The translations under genes were made by a program, and so were the position numbers. Positions 25,131 to 39,249 of a stretch of DNA of 64,000 bases are shown here, piece by piece; the stretch's first letter is position 1; each line of letters starts with the position of its first letter. The stretch comes from Trichosphaerium sp. ATCC 40318 (lineage: Eukaryota; Protista; Tubulinea), in assembly GCA_038496445.1 (NCBI GenBank), contig JALMLS010000573.1, positions 62,001 to 126,000 of the forward strand, in the 5' to 3' direction. Below the pieces are notes generated by a model that was not told the DNA's origin, ran no database searches, and was given only the letters and a program-made list of their open reading frames with translations.

Positions 25131-25530
25131 GTCATGTGATAGGTACACATTGCTGATTGCACCTGCATCCTAAACACTAGTGACATGTAACCAGCTTCAC
25201 ATTGTGATAGTTCTCTCAGAACTGTCATGTCTTGTAAGGTCTGAAAGAGTTGCAAGTTTTTGCTAGAAATAGATAACAATCAAAATTTTCCCATGCATAT
25301 TTCTCAGCGCTCTTTTCAACTTTCTCTGATATAAGCATAATCCATCTTGATCATGGTTGTAAGTGCGACGTGCACTCCATATTGAATTTAGCATTTACCA
25401 ACAAAGCTGTCGAAGTACAAAGGGGTTAGAACGTCTAGATTGGTCGGTCTCTTTGGTTTGTACCGATTAAAGCCAAACACGTGTTCACTTGTTTATCTCT
25501 GTCCGTCATAGGAAGCGAATGGTTATATTA

Positions 25531-25754
25531 GAACAGATTCTACTCAATCTACGAAGGCGGATGCTCTCGCGGCATGGTACTATATAGCAGTTATCAATGA
25601 AAGTAATATTTTACAACAAGGATACCATGCTTTTATTAATTGCGCCAAAGACAGAGTCGTTCAAGAATACGGAGCTGGTATTTTAATCGACATTCATGGT
25701 GCATCAAGCCACTCATAACGCAGTGCCAAGAACTAACTTAACCAAAGACGGTAC
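25531..25754 (+). pseudogene. Duplicated internal fragment of the FGase-like gene (source ~53767-54013)
   Basis: High identity to the reverse complement of 53767-54013, including an intron, with small deletions. Confidence 0.9.
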
Positions 25755-26362
25755 AAAGTTGAATTCTATTTGTTGTTTAGTGTCCAACTTTTTGGCATTG
25801 TTGTTGTGTTGTCTTAATTTGTAAATCATCTTAAACACTATTCAATAGAATTCAATAGAATCTTAACCCGGCCAAAATTTTTTGAGCGACTCAGTCGAAG
25901 TCAGTCATTACTGACTGCAGTCATGTTAACATCTACCAGAGCAAGGTTTGTGTTATTCAGGTGTTGTCAGTGCTAATAAATTATGAATATTGTAAAAAAA
26001 TCAATCTAAAGTTCTTACCAAGGCAACTAATAGTTCATTAGGTGCTCTAGTGCGCTGTCACAAGATAGATTACCTCTACTTAAGATGACTTCCACTAACA
26101 TAGCACCAATACAAAAAAATAGAAGGATGGAAAAGAAGTAGGTACCTGCTATATCAATTTCATTTACCCGCATGGACTTTATCTTTGCTTGTGCAATGGC
26201 CACTACACCTCATACGAAATTATTTGAAAAAAAACATACTTTCGATTGCCCAATTCGCCAAATGTTGCTCAAATACGCTATGAAGGCACAAGATGCGATT
26301 GCTTATTTATTTTGAGTTTTGTATGTGGATGTAATAATCAATTTCTGTTTCAATGTCTTTTA

Positions 26363-27032
26363 TTCACTGAAATGCACGAAACTACGTTCGGAACAACTTG
26401 ATGCTTTCGGACATATTACATACGGATCTATTTTAATAGAACCGTTACTATCTGTTTGTTTTACGTGTCTTCAAGTGTCATTTTCTTTGTCTAGCACTGT
26501 GTAATCAGAAAAAAAACAGTTTCGTGAACACCCGAACGGTTTGTCCAAAAAAGGAAGAAGAGGGTTGATTTGAACAAGCAGATTGTGAAATATTTCCTTA
26601 CTTATTCATTATGCAAAGAAATTAGAAGAAGCTAAACAGTGGAAGAAGAAATGTGAACAAATTTTACTAGCACGAAACAAAACTGTTCCCATTTTTTAAG
26701 GATTTGGTGATTTGTTCGCCTTGAGGATTCCAAAAACCTATCCTGGCCTTCAAAAGAAGGTGCTACATATATTTATGTATTCAGCAGGAGTATTGTTTTG
26801 AAAAGTGTTTCGTACGAAGCCAGTGTTCAAAACTGGTTTTTTTGATTTTATTGACTTTCTGAAAAAAGAACATGGTGCTTTTAACAAGCTTGTGTTGTGC
26901 GTAAAAATTATCTTGAAGCCTTAGCTAATACTGAAAGACGATTTCTCGGTCGTAAAGGGTAAGAAGAAATACATAATATGTTCGAAACCAATCGTTCCGA
27001 ACCTTTGTCACAGTTTCGTGCATTTCAGTGAA
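26363..27032. mobile_element. Non-autonomous TIR element (~670 bp)
   Basis: Perfect 21-bp inverted repeats TTCACTGAAATGCACGAAACT / AGTTTCGTGCATTTCAGTGAA plus an inner TTCGGAAC match; no TSD seen. Confidence 0.6.
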
Positions 27033-27092
27033 AAGCGTACAAACTTGTTAAAAAAAAATTAACCAATTTTTTTAAAACAGTTTTAACAACAC

Positions 27093-28044
27093 ATGGCTCG
27101 CACCTCAGCTAAAATACAAGCTAAAAAGACAATTCTCGTATCGTTTGTAGAAATGGCGTGGCACTACGAAGATCTTGCCGAGAAATGTACTGTACGTTAC
27201 AACTTTCTTACAAATAAGCAACAGTCTTATTAACTTCCAAAAGGTAAACTTAGAAACTGGTACAGTACCGGGGTTGAAAGTTTATATCGACCAAAACGAT
27301 TTCGTGATACTTAGCAAGATTAGTACAACCCATGACTCTTTAATTAGGAATCTATATAAGTACTGTATAAGGTCTACAGTAGAAGTACGTATCAACACAA
27401 CATACTTTACACCCACAAAAACAACTCGTTTTTTAACTTCTTTAAGGGAAGTCGTGTTAAGTTCAACACTTTTGAACACAACGGCGTATACTTGTATGAA
27501 TTTGTTATCTTCCACCCTGAAGTTTCTTCCTTGGATTCTGACGTTAACCCAAAGAGCTTCTATGAAATTAAGCAATTTAAGATACTAGGTATGAAATTAT
27601 CATTTTGCTACCATTTCTTACTATTATCAAGGCTTTAAAAGCGTTTCAGATTATAAAATGGATACAGAAACACCTATTGAAAACTACTGCTCAATTTCTT
27701 GTCGTTCAATTGCAACCCAAAGCTTCAGTGAAGAAGATGTGTTTAATTCCAGCGCTTTGTGTGACTGCTGTCCGCTCGCTTTACCACCTTTAAACCCCAA
27801 CGAGCCCATCACTCATGACTTTGAATATCCGCAAGACGTAGAAATGCAAGTTGATACCCCACATTCGCCATTAACAGAGGAACTTGAAGATGACATATCA
27901 TTTCAACAAGAAAAGTGTTCACATTGCAATCTATATTGGGAATATATGGCTCTCAAAGAGCGCTACAATGACCTTTTAGCAAAGTACCAACAAACCAAAT
28001 TGTGCCCTTACATGATGGAAGAAGATAGTGGGTTCTTAAATTAA
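27093..28044 (+). CDS. Hypothetical multi-exon protein with Cys-rich, acidic C-terminus and short coiled coil
   Basis: ATG at 27093; GT-AG introns join open exons; ends EKCSHCNLYWEYMALKERYNDLLAKY..FLN*. Confidence 0.5.
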
Positions 28045-28267
28045 CTACTAATCTCACAAATGAAAGAAGCTGTAAGCCTCTAAATGTACAATAAATCACG
28101 AAAAACACTTTACTTTATTTTTTGTGTCCTTGGTTTATAATGGATGGGGTTTTTTTAAATAGGTTTTCTTTATTATGTGCAATTACTTCTTTGCTACTTG
28201 TTGTAAAAATACATCAAAAATTGGTCATAGTGTTAAGAAAGCAACTGAAAAACAAAAGTTAGTCAAG

Positions 28268-31200
28268 TTAGATTCCTGTTGTTTTAAATGACGTACTCAT
28301 GCTCAATACTATATAGAAAGGTATACAAATACGTGTGTATGCACTAGAAGATACCTGTCGACTTCTCGAGTAAGTGACAGTATCAGGTTCAACAGTTGAA
28401 ATAGGCTATTAATAGAATTAAATCAATGGTTTTTTGATATCGCAAACTTACGCCAACAGTGGCCATCAGATCACCCTGAATCTCGCTTCTGGTGTTTTGT
28501 ACGTTTGTGTTGTCGCCCACAAAGTTTCCTACAACTGTAGTAGGCTGTACAGAAGAGCCTAAACGGGATCATAAGCGAACTTGTTGAGTTTTGGATGGCG
28601 TTTTAATTTACCTGTGACTGTTACGGTTACAGTAGTGCTTGCTTGTCGTTTTGTGCTAGCACTTGAAGTAACTTCCAAAGCGCTTATAGGCACGTTCATT
28701 CTGTTGGCCATTATATTCTTTAAATTATCCAACATTGACTGATCTACTGGACCCTGTGCCACAAGATCCATCTCAATAGACGCTTCTAAAAAAAAGTTAG
28801 AAAAAGAAATAAACAAGAAATGTCATTTAGCTCCAACGAACTTGAAGAGTTTTAAATAGTATCTTCAAAATTAAACAACAAAATAAAGAGCATAATGACA
28901 TAATGCCGTTATGAGGTTGTTCATAAGCGTTTGAGAAAGAAACAGTTTCAGAAATTCGAAATACAAAAAAAAAAGTAATTACCATCTGTTACGCAACGAG
29001 TGCTTAGATCATCTCCTGAAAAAGTAACCTCACCGCTTCCGAGTACCCACGTCGTTGGTTTACCATCAAAAGAAAGTTCGAATAAACCAGGTGCAGGGTA
29101 AAAAGGTGCATCAAACTCAAATCTACTCCTTGGTATGTCTGTTGTTCTTCCAATAGGAAAAAACATATTATCTTCACCAGGTTCTATCTCAATCAAAGAA
29201 AACTAAAACAAAAAAAATCAATAAATCACGTGATACCATTAGAGCTAACAAAAAAATAGATAGTTTCAATGCTTGTGTGTACCTCTGTTTCCCAACCTAG
29301 TACTGCTACAAATGACTCTTCACCAATTTTTTTCACGCAATCTGCACGTGGTTTAATCTAATAAAATAGTGAGACGCTAACTCTAATTTCAAGTAAATCT
29401 CAGTACTTGAGGGAACATCGTTGGTGGATTTGGTTCTGTTGGCGGCACAGTTGTAGGAGGCAGAGTCGTTGGGGCTATTGGAGGTAGTGTAGTTGGTGGC
29501 GCAGTCATAGGAGGTAGAGTCGTCGGTGGTAGTGTCGTTGGAGGTAAGGTAGTTGGTGGCTTGGTTGTTGGAGGTTGAGTTGTTGGTGGAGTAGTCGTTG
29601 GAGGTGCGGTTGGTGGAACTTATAGCTCATAAGTAAATATTTGTTGTTTGTAGGTTACCTGGACACATGAATACATTTGATGCTTCTGATATGAAAGCAA
29701 TCTCAATGTCACCATCAACACTTTCTGTAATAACCTATGGGCTATCAGAAAAAAAATATAAAAACGGAGAAACTAAACGTAATGGTTTCAAAAAAAAAGG
29801 CGTACAATTACTTGGCAACTTTCTGGATCATGTATTGCTCTTACTCTGTTTACAGTCGATCCACTATTTGTCGATAAAGTAAAATTCGTATTATTACTTC
29901 CACTAACACCCTGTTCAATAGAAAAAATCAGGTTAGAAAAGACACGTGATAATGAGAAGGATTTTAAAATAAATTTGAAGAAAAAAAGAAGAAAACAAAA
30001 AAACAAAAAACCGTACCAAGCCGACTAACTCTACTCTTTCTTCTATTGCTGAGATGATAACAAAATTCGAACTTCCATGCACAAATCGTGTACTTACAAT
30101 ATCAGTATAATTTCTTAGAGGTAGGCCCGTTACGACATGAAAAGGCACTAAATCAAGATCGAAATTAAAGAAATCTGTTGACACGTTCGTTTTGTAAGTA
30201 AATAAAATGCTCTCCGAGAAAGTGCTATATGTCAAATATATTTCTTCAAAATCTCTCTTAAATAGTTCTTCAGAAATTCCCTAGACCATATTCAATTAAA
30301 CGCGATTAATGAAGAAGTTACGTCTTTGTTAACAAAAAAAAACTTATGAAAAAACCCTCGCTGCTATTCATTTGTTCGAAGTTTTCAACGTTTGTCACGC
30401 TGCTAAGACACTATATAGCGCCTTCGTGGTAACTTGAGTTTATACGTACTGGTATGTTATTACAGAAGTATTGTAAGAAAGCCTCTCCATCGGATATATA
30501 CGCCTGAACAAAACATGTATCATTTACCTTTACAAAAGGAGGCATTCCTTCTAACTCATGTACTTGATCGACTTGATTTATACGTGTCAGTTAAACTCTG
30601 TAAAATATAGAACATACCAGTTAGAACATCAGAGACACCGCTTTTTCTAACTTCATAAAAAGTAGTATCAAAGGTAGCATTAGTTGTATTGGAAGTGTAA
30701 ACATTAACATGGAAGTAGTCGCCAACTGATACCCATAACAGAATTTAGATTCGTGATGATACGTGATAAACGTTACCTTGATGTGCTATATACCCCTTAA
30801 TTGTAAATTCTGGTGTACTTGACGTTATTGCAGTAGTGGCGGAATCGTCCAACACAAATCCCTTCAAAATATGTTAGTCGAAATACAGAAAAAAAAAGAT
30901 CATTTGTTCGGTCTTGGCAGCGTCATCTCACAGATATACATCTGTAATATTTCTTTTTTTGAACGAAAGTCTGTCGGTGTTTTTAATATGGAATAGTTAC
31001 CGAAGAATTAGATGTAAAAGCGAGGTAGCTCACTGTGAGCACATTATCTTTGGTGTAAAAAACACTAATTTCGGAGTCGCTTGTAAATTGTGGCACGTGC
31101 GCAGATATCGCGTCAGGTATGAATATAGGTGGATAAGTTGCATTGAGCACGCGTAAATCTTATTGTATGATTAGAATACATTATTCCCATAGCTAGGAAA

Positions 31201-31741
31201 TTTGCTTCAAACTATTTGTGATACAAAAAAAAAGAGAAAAAACGAAACGTTACCTTGAGGCTTGACAATATAAATACTCGCTCCTGATTGCGTCACGTTA
31301 TTAATAGTACGCTCTAAAACCCATTAAGCATCTTTATGACTAAAAATAACAAATAGAGCGAGAATAAAAAAGAAAACTCGCTCAAGAAGGAAGATAATCT
31401 GGTATTTAGCTTCCAAAAAATAAAAACAAAATAAATGTCGCTTGACGCACGTGTATTTACTGAGTAAACATAAAACGTTGTGTTGTTCAATACACCATAC
31501 GTAATTTCTGGTTTGTCAAATGTAGCGGTAACACCAGGGAGTGACGTGAAGCTTGCCGTATCAAGAAAATCGTCAAGAGTTGCCGAAACAAACCCAAATG
31601 GTACAGACACTAACACGCATGTCAAGGCAAGCACAAATACGCGAGAAGGGGAGAATACGGGCAAATATTAGAAGATGGTGTCGTACCGTGTATGAGGCTT
31701 AAAGCAGCCAAAAATATCCACGGCTTAGTGAGGAAGAGCAT
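28268..31741 (-). CDS. Secreted/surface protein with signal peptide, Pro/Thr linker and C-terminal beta domains
   Basis: MLFLTKPWIFLAALSLIH signal; PPTT repeats 29420-29620; domain IKPRADCVKK..FVAVLGWETE..GEDNMFFP..FDGKPTTWVLG; 3' end uncertain. Confidence 0.7.
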
Positions 31742-32499
31742 CAGATATTTTTACCCTTTGGGGAACTTGCGCAAGTCAACAGAAATGACTGAAATTGAAA
31801 AAAAAAAGGCTTGCTTAGTGGGCGATCTAATATTGTTATCAGAATCGTGTTGATCATCATTTGTGATATTCTATTATGCATCTAACGTTGTTTGGAGGAC
31901 TAATGTAGTGATGGTAACGTCATTCTTTCACATTCCCGGTTTTATGAATTACTACGTGCAGAACAAAAAGATCCAGTGGAGTCGTTTTCAAAACAAATCA
32001 CGTGATTATACAAAGTTGAACTTAAATATGGTTGTCACTACTCACCACTGTCCCGCTGTGTTTATAACTACATAGCATATAGGTAACTTATCGTTTAAGT
32101 CTTTTTTTTTACTGGGACTTTCCGGTACAATCTAGACGGCAACCAAGGCGAAGTCTTTTGATTATACATTTAGTTTACCAATACGACAATATGCCAACGA
32201 GTTGTGCCTGCAAACTAGTTACTTTTTATTCGCGTTTGTTTCATTTTTTGGTCTGGCAGTTTGTGTGCAGTCAGAGACGTTTTGTCACTTGTGATCTGTA
32301 AACAAAAATAGCCACAAAAAGCATCAAAGCTCACCAAAAAGTGCGTGATATATAATGGGCTCCCTAGGCGTACCCAGTGCAAATATTGAAACACTTCTTC
32401 GCGTATGTGTAACAAAACAAGAAGCAAACTCAAACAAAGCTTTGTTTTGTTTTAATTTCCTCGTGTATTGGATGCCTTCTCTTACATCTCCACGTGTTT

Positions 32500-34700
32500 A
32501 GAGAAAGAAAATATTACAAGCTACATTATCATGGTTACAATCAAAAGATATCACGTGCGCACATGATTCCTCATGGACTGCATGTAACAGGTAAAAGTTG
32601 TTTTGAGTTTTGGCGTACTCTTCTTATTAAATGTTATTTTTAAGGATATGTATGTATATTACTACGCATGATGAACCTCTAGGACGTCCTGTAAGTAAAC
32701 CTAAAACACCTACAAGTACAAGAAAGAAAAACGTTAAGGCACCTCCGGTTGACAGTAATGACACCTTGAGGTGTTTATTTACAGGTTAGTAACAGTTTAA
32801 ACACCTTTTATCTCAAGCTTTTTGGTGGATTTTTGTACTGCTGTTTATGGGATTATTAAACTCTTGTTTTGGCTCTAGAACTACCTTTGGAGCTATTTTG
32901 TAGGATCCTTAAACAACTTGATAGTGGTTCCTTAGTTTCTGTTTCATTTACGAATAAAGCACATACAAATTATTGTCAAAGACACTTCAGACACGTGTTT
33001 GAACGCCACTGGGTACAAAAAAAGAAATTAACTGGTTTTTCCGCTTATTCGATCCTAGAACGCTCTTGGTACCAAGCATTTCCTTGATAAGTACTACAGT
33101 GTTAACCAGAACCCTTGGCGTACGTCTAGAAGTAATTTTTATTTGGTGGCTGTTCACCGTGACCTTGTTTTTTAGATGTGACATCAAAGTCTATTTCTTT
33201 TTTTAAAGCGAAACATAATGTACGTATGATGAAAAGAAGCAAGAAGCAACAGAAGACATCACAGGATATAAACAAAGGATTAAAAGCGTTAAAAATAGAA
33301 AGTAAGAGTATAGACGCACGTGTAATGTGTACAGGGAGTAAGAGTAAATACGCGCTAGGTACGTCCTTGATTCTTCTGTTGAAACAAATCCAAAGGGTTT
33401 TTTTGAAGGTATTTTTGGCATCACTTCTGAAGTTCTTTCCGACGACACTTACTCCGTATAGCTATACGTGATTACTTGAGTTTTAATGATAGAGAATATA
33501 ACGAAATGGATGCATACGATTTTATCCCATCACTGAGACCGTTGATGGAAGACTTTAAGAAATATATTTATAACTACATTTTAATGATGCTTCGAAGAAT
33601 AACAACAAAATATATCGACACTACCACTCTCACAGATGAAGATAAGGTACGTATGATAACGCATTGATAACAAACTCATTAATATAGGCTATCATAGATG
33701 AAATAATGAAACCTGTAACGAGCGTAGAACTACTCAGAAAGACGCTAAAACACTTCACAACTCCATTTTCAGAACTTCTTAACAGACTTCTTATTATACC
33801 ACGTGACGAATCAACAGACTTCTTTAGCTAGTACGAGTTGTTGAATACTTTTTATGCCCATCTGAATTAACAAGAGCAATAGCTTCCTACACAACATCGA
33901 TCACATAACAAACAAAGCATACATACCAACAAAAAGCGATTTGAAAAAAGTTCCTCCACATCATCTTTTCGAAAAAAACAAAGCATGTGATCTTTGTGTT
34001 GATGTTGACGGTTTTAATGTCAAGTATGTTTAGAAAAGATAATATTATTTAATGCTAATAATACCGTTTTATTCAAAAATATCTTCATTTTTAATCACGT
34101 GATAGATTCACTTTGTTACCGAGGATGGACTTCAAAGTTATAAAAATACTTCAAAAAACAGCAAATGTTGTTGCGTTTTTTGTCACACTCACAGATTACT
34201 CACTCCCTGATAATAAGTTCCCTACAAAACTACACAGAAGTGCTTTCAATTTTAAACTTCTCCTGGATGTCGTAGATATGCCTGTAGTTCTTACATTTGA
34301 CACTTTTGATTTCGAAGAAATGTGCGAAAAGAAACCGTTTACAACTTTTTTCCCAGATTGTCAAGATGGTACGCTCAACGCAATATGGCGACTCTACTCT
34401 GTCTCACAACCATGCTAGATGATGTAGATAATGTTAATGCACATATACTTTCGTTGTTCAGCGAAGATGGAGTACATAGTAGCGTACGTGATCAAGTACC
34501 TTGAATAGATGAACAAACCTCTAACTTTTTTTGAAACTAGTTTTTCGTTAACTATTTCGATGGTGTCTCCAGTCGTAGTTGTCTACGGTTTAATGAAATT
34601 GTACAACACGTTGCAACGTTTAACCACCCATAAACTACGTTCTTTACCGGAGTAGTAAGTTTATTAAAAAACACGCTAGAAGCGCGAACAAAGTGTAAAT
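32500..34700 (+). pseudogene. F-box-containing gene, probably degenerate
   Basis: ELPLELFCRILKQLDSGSLVSVSFTNK F-box at ~32880; downstream exon-like stretches contain stops and frame breaks; boundaries approximate. Confidence 0.45.
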
Positions 34701-34753
34701 CTCTTTAGTGCAAGAATTTTACTAGCTTGAGGCTGCAAAAGCAAAAGGTTATT

Positions 34754-34835
34754 CGACACGAGCAGGATTTGAACCTGCGCGGGCAGAGCCCAATAGATTT
34801 CTAGTCTATCTCCTTAACCACTCGGACATCGTGTC
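34754..34835 (-). tRNA. tRNA-Ser(AGA)
   Basis: 82 nt; GACACGA/TCGTGTC acceptor stem, G73, CT-AGA-AA loop, long variable arm, GGTTCAAATCC T-loop, downstream T run. Confidence 0.95.
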
Positions 34836-35542
34836 ATGCGATGGATTTCTAACAGGATCCTAACGATCCGGTTCGGCAGGGTGACACTCACCCATCATTG
34901 CGAAATTGGCTGTCCAACCACAAGGCACTGCCCAATGCATACATTTCCGTGCTTTCGAGCATTGACGATATACCCTTTATAGTGCCTTTCTGCAGAACAA
35001 TCCCTTATCTTCCAATTTCACGCTTACCAACGATTTGAATACCTTGGAACAAAACATTGTTTTGTTAATGCGTAGGTGCAGTGCGCGAATGCCTACAGCG
35101 CGAATTGTTTTAAAGCTGAAATTATACGCACAAGAATTACACCTACGCGTAGAAAGTACTATCAAACGATTTAGAGTGAAACGGCGGTTTTTTGCCGCCC
35201 TATATCCTATATGTACCAGGCAGTGTTCAAGAGAAGCTAGAAGAGAGAACAGTGGTTATTTTGCGATATAGTGGACCACAGCTATTAACAAATGGAAAAA
35301 ACTACGGAAGAGAAAGTCTTTGAATGTCAACTGTTCCTTTTACCGCCCTAAAGGTGTAATACTCTTACAACAGTTGCCTGTAGATAACGTTGCTACTAAC
35401 AAAGTCCCTTAGGCATCTCGCTGTGCAGACCCACTGTTTCAAATCGTTGCGACTGTGACATAAAAAAAAGGTGTTTGTATTTTAATCAATAGACGTCTAT
35501 TTACAATGTACAAAGTAACATAAAATTTGGTTGTGTAGTTGC

Positions 35543-37792
35543 TTAACCAAGCTGATACCGCCATCTAAGAGAAAAAAAATCAGCAAGTCAACCCAATAAA
35601 CAAAAAAAAATAAGAAAAAGGTCTTTGCTCCTTTCTAGAGTTTCGTACATTTTTAACATCCTATCTTTTGAGCCTGAAGCAACACGCTCTCCATCAGGTG
35701 ACCAATCAACAGTATATACCTATTCAGCATAAGCCATTTTTTTGAAGAAGAAAAAAGGAACTTAAAACGTCTTTCAAAGAAAAAAAATCAGAACACTAGT
35801 TGTGCGTCATATAAACTCAGATGAGCTGGGTGTAATTCATCACGTAAATAAAGTCAAAAAAACTCAACAAATAAAGGGAAAACAAATCCTTTTGTGTTTG
35901 CAAACAACGTACTTCATCAAGATGGCCAGGCATATCCATCTTTAATTTTTTTGTTTTCAAATCCCAAATTTTTACTGTAGAGTCTCTGCTTCCGCTTACA
36001 ATTAATCTAGAGTCTCCAGACCAACACAGTTGGTAAACCTCACTAACATGGCCACGCAGGGTGGCTACATAGCGTCCGGAACTTGTCCATAGTTTAACTG
36101 TTCTGTCAAACGATGCAGAGGCTATCCACTGTCCATTTGGAGAAAATTTAGCAACTAGTAAGACCGTTAGACGATATGTATAAACGCGTAGACGTGGATC
36201 ATTTACGCGTACCATTAATGGGTTTAGAGTGACCTGTAATCCTTTTAAAAGGTTTAAAAGATGTAAGAGGGTTCCACAAGAACATTGTAAAGTCATCAGA
36301 GCCAGATAATAGTTTCTCATGAGATTTTCCTTTAGCTTCACAATAACGCTCATAAGCAGCCTTTACAGCTTCTTTATCATCTTCTGGACGTTCACCATGA
36401 TAATCAAAAGGACCTGCGCGAAGCGCATAATCAGTGTTTAACGCTAGAGTGTTCACCCAGTGACCATGACCTTGAAGTCTGTGTAATGTAGTTCCCTTTA
36501 GATGAAACGTTAACAAAACAGAGAAAGACTGCTTAAAAACTACCGATTGTGTACCTTGTTGGCATCCCAAACGCGTATTGTCTTATCTTCAGATCCTGTG
36601 TATATGAATCCTTCTCCTCCCCATTTAACGCATGTAACAGCACTAGTATGCCCACCAAGTGTAAAAATCCGCCTTCTGTTGTCTACATTCCATACAATCG
36701 CTGTACCATCTTTTGATGCTGATACAAGGCGAGTGCACTTTGGATTTCTTGAATAAGAGTAAGAAATTATGAGATGGAAAAAAATGTGTCATGTTGTCCA
36801 CTCTTTAGAGTAAGATCGTCCTTTTATTGACAAAAGCAAACGTACGCGTGGAATGGTTCCCATGAAAGAGCAGTGATGAACTAAAAGTACCACTTGTTAG
36901 AGAAACATCAAAGGCTTTAAAAACTTTCGAATAAAGACACAAATTCTGTGAATTTTTACAAGTTGCATTGATAACTCAGAGCGTACCTTTTTGTGACCTG
37001 AAAGAACGCCCCTTGATCTGCCTTCTCTGGTCCATAAGCGCACTGTAGGATCTTTTGAAGCAGAACCAGAAGCAAGTATTCTTCCGTCTGGTGACCATTG
37101 TACATACAACACCCAATCGCGATGTGCTTTTAGTTCCTTTAGAGGTAATAAGTACGAGAAAACGTCAAAATAAAAATTTCACAAAAATAATGACGCCAAA
37201 AAGCGTGTAGTGCTTTAATGCTGATGTAGTCTACGTACTTTGATAGGCGTTTCAGTGAGCATATCCCAAATACGCACTGTGTGATCGCCAGAGGCTGAGG
37301 CGAGTAATTTGCCATCAGGGCTGAAAGAGACGTTCAAAATTGCTTCATCGTGTCCTAGGATTAGTATGAGCGCGTGCCATATGCACTACGATCGTTTAAA
37401 AAGTGTACATTACCAGGTAAGGTGGAGGAGCAATGAGTAACGCAACGAACGCGGAAAACAGCTTGTGGGTGGTACACGATGGGTATTGTTACTTCATCTC
37501 CACCATCAACAGCCAAATTTGTTTTCTCAATACAGTTATTTATGCTGTCAGTTACTTCTACGTCATCAATAGAAAACGTGTACGGTAGTGGGTCTTCCTG
37601 AGCGTTAGGTAAGACAGAAAAGTGAGAAAAACTAGAGTAAAACATGCTTACATTCTTTAGAATAGACTTATTTAAGAGTACGTGGAGCGCCTGAGCATTA
37701 GTTTCTAACGGTATAGAAAAAGGAGCTCCAGCTTTGTCACCGTCACTTGTAACAAACTGAATAAGACCTGTTCTACCCTCAAGCTCGGTCAT
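35543..37792 (-). CDS. NLE1: Notchless (NLE domain + WD40 repeats), ribosome biogenesis
   Basis: [24 protein letters not shown]; [25 protein letters not shown]; [13 protein letters not shown]; [19 protein letters not shown]. Confidence 0.95.
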
Positions 37793-37883
37793 ATTGAATG
37801 TAAATTGTACTATGCCAAAATACTCACAGAACAGGCGGTGTTTTAAGTTTGAGGATGGCTTAAAGCAACGGGAAACGCCAACG

Positions 37884-39249
37884 ATGCATGCGTTGAACTA
37901 CGGTGGCACCTACCTTCGTAAAGCTTTTGGCTTGGTTGCCCACTTTCGAAAGCCAGAACAGGCAAATTGATACATCAGCTCGTTCTGTAGTCTAACTTGC
38001 GTACAGGGCATCCACAACTACGAAGAGCTCTCTCGCGCAAGTGCCTTCTTTGTACCTTGCAATACTGGCAAAAAGTGCGCTATTACGATTTAGGCAACCG
38101 CCGTTACCTAAAGAACTCACAGAAAATACAATGTGGTAAGCATAGCGCACACGCCTCGTCCTTGGCTATTTCCAAGCCTGTTCCCAAAATCAAACCCACA
38201 GTACAATTTCGTTCATGTACGATAACCACCAGAGCTAATCCAATAGCCAAACCAACCAAAATTAAAAAAATATTTTTACTTTTTGTAAAAACGTGCTGTA
38301 TTCGAAACTAACTCAAGTGTCGCGTAGTGGCTAAACGACGATGATATTCGTATTTCTATTACACTGAGGGAGCTACGGAGTGGTAAGCCTCTTGCGCAGG
38401 CTGTGTGTAAAAAGAACCCTCACGTTAGTGTGAAGGACGATATAATTGTGTTGCAGTTGGAGGTTTGTTTAGCTTAATGCAGACCTTTTTGTTGAGTCTC
38501 CTCTCCTTGAACGGTTACCGACTATGGTTAGGATGAAGAAGGTTTTGAAGACGATTTGGACGAGCATGGCGTTGTCATAGATGCTCTTGATATGCAATTT
38601 GAAAACGATATCCACATGGCAAGATTTATTTACAAGTTTTCTTCTTCACTGAAACTAACAAAAAGTTTGCAGCCCGTTAAAGTAATTGGTAATGAATTCA
38701 AGCAAGATCCTACAGATATGGGTACTGGTTTAATAGTACCTTGTTCTATTGATGGAGAGCACTGGGGTTTTTAGTACGTGCCAGTTCTGGAAAAAACAAA
38801 ACAACTTTTTGATTTTTTTTCTGCCTTTACTTATTGTTTCTTGTAGCAAAGATATGTCTAATATACTTATAAAACATCAACTGGGACCAGATTTAGATTT
38901 GGCTGGATTATGTGGGTCTCCAGTAGTTGTTAAAGAGCCAGCGCAGCCAGGAAGCCCCTTCCCGTTTATGGTATGCTTGATGTTTACTAAACAAGTGCTC
39001 ACAAACCTTTTTAGCTAACGTCTAGATTCATTGGTGTTGTAACAGGAAAGATGGTACCAGATTTTACGCAACAAGGCGCCGATAAGTCGGAGATAAGGGA
39101 AACGCTTGAAAAAGTACATAATACATTGCAAGTACGTGCAGGCAATACAGCATTCTTAGATTTGACGTAACACCTTTTTGTAGGTCACAACGGCAGCTGC
39201 TTTACATCAAGCGCTAATAGATGCTGAAGGTCGTACAGGGAATGATTAA
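37884..39249 (+). CDS. Chymotrypsin-fold (PA clan) peptidase-like protein with Cys at the nucleophile position
   Basis: Spliced motifs RASAFFV..VVSIAH (His)..DDIIVL (Asp)..AGLCGSPVV (Cys; TGT at 38911). Confidence 0.6.

Noticed and set aside
34754-34835. Amber suppressor tRNA (CTA visible in the loop) or a recoded genetic code
   Set aside because: The 7-nt loop CT-AGA-AA gives anticodon AGA (Ser); conserved genes end at standard stops, and the internal stops examined fall in introns
34850-35450. tRNA-targeted retroelement or glycosyltransferase remnant upstream of tRNA-Ser
   Set aside because: Only weak broken coding-like stretches; no RT motifs, poly(A) or TSD, and no match upstream of the second tRNA
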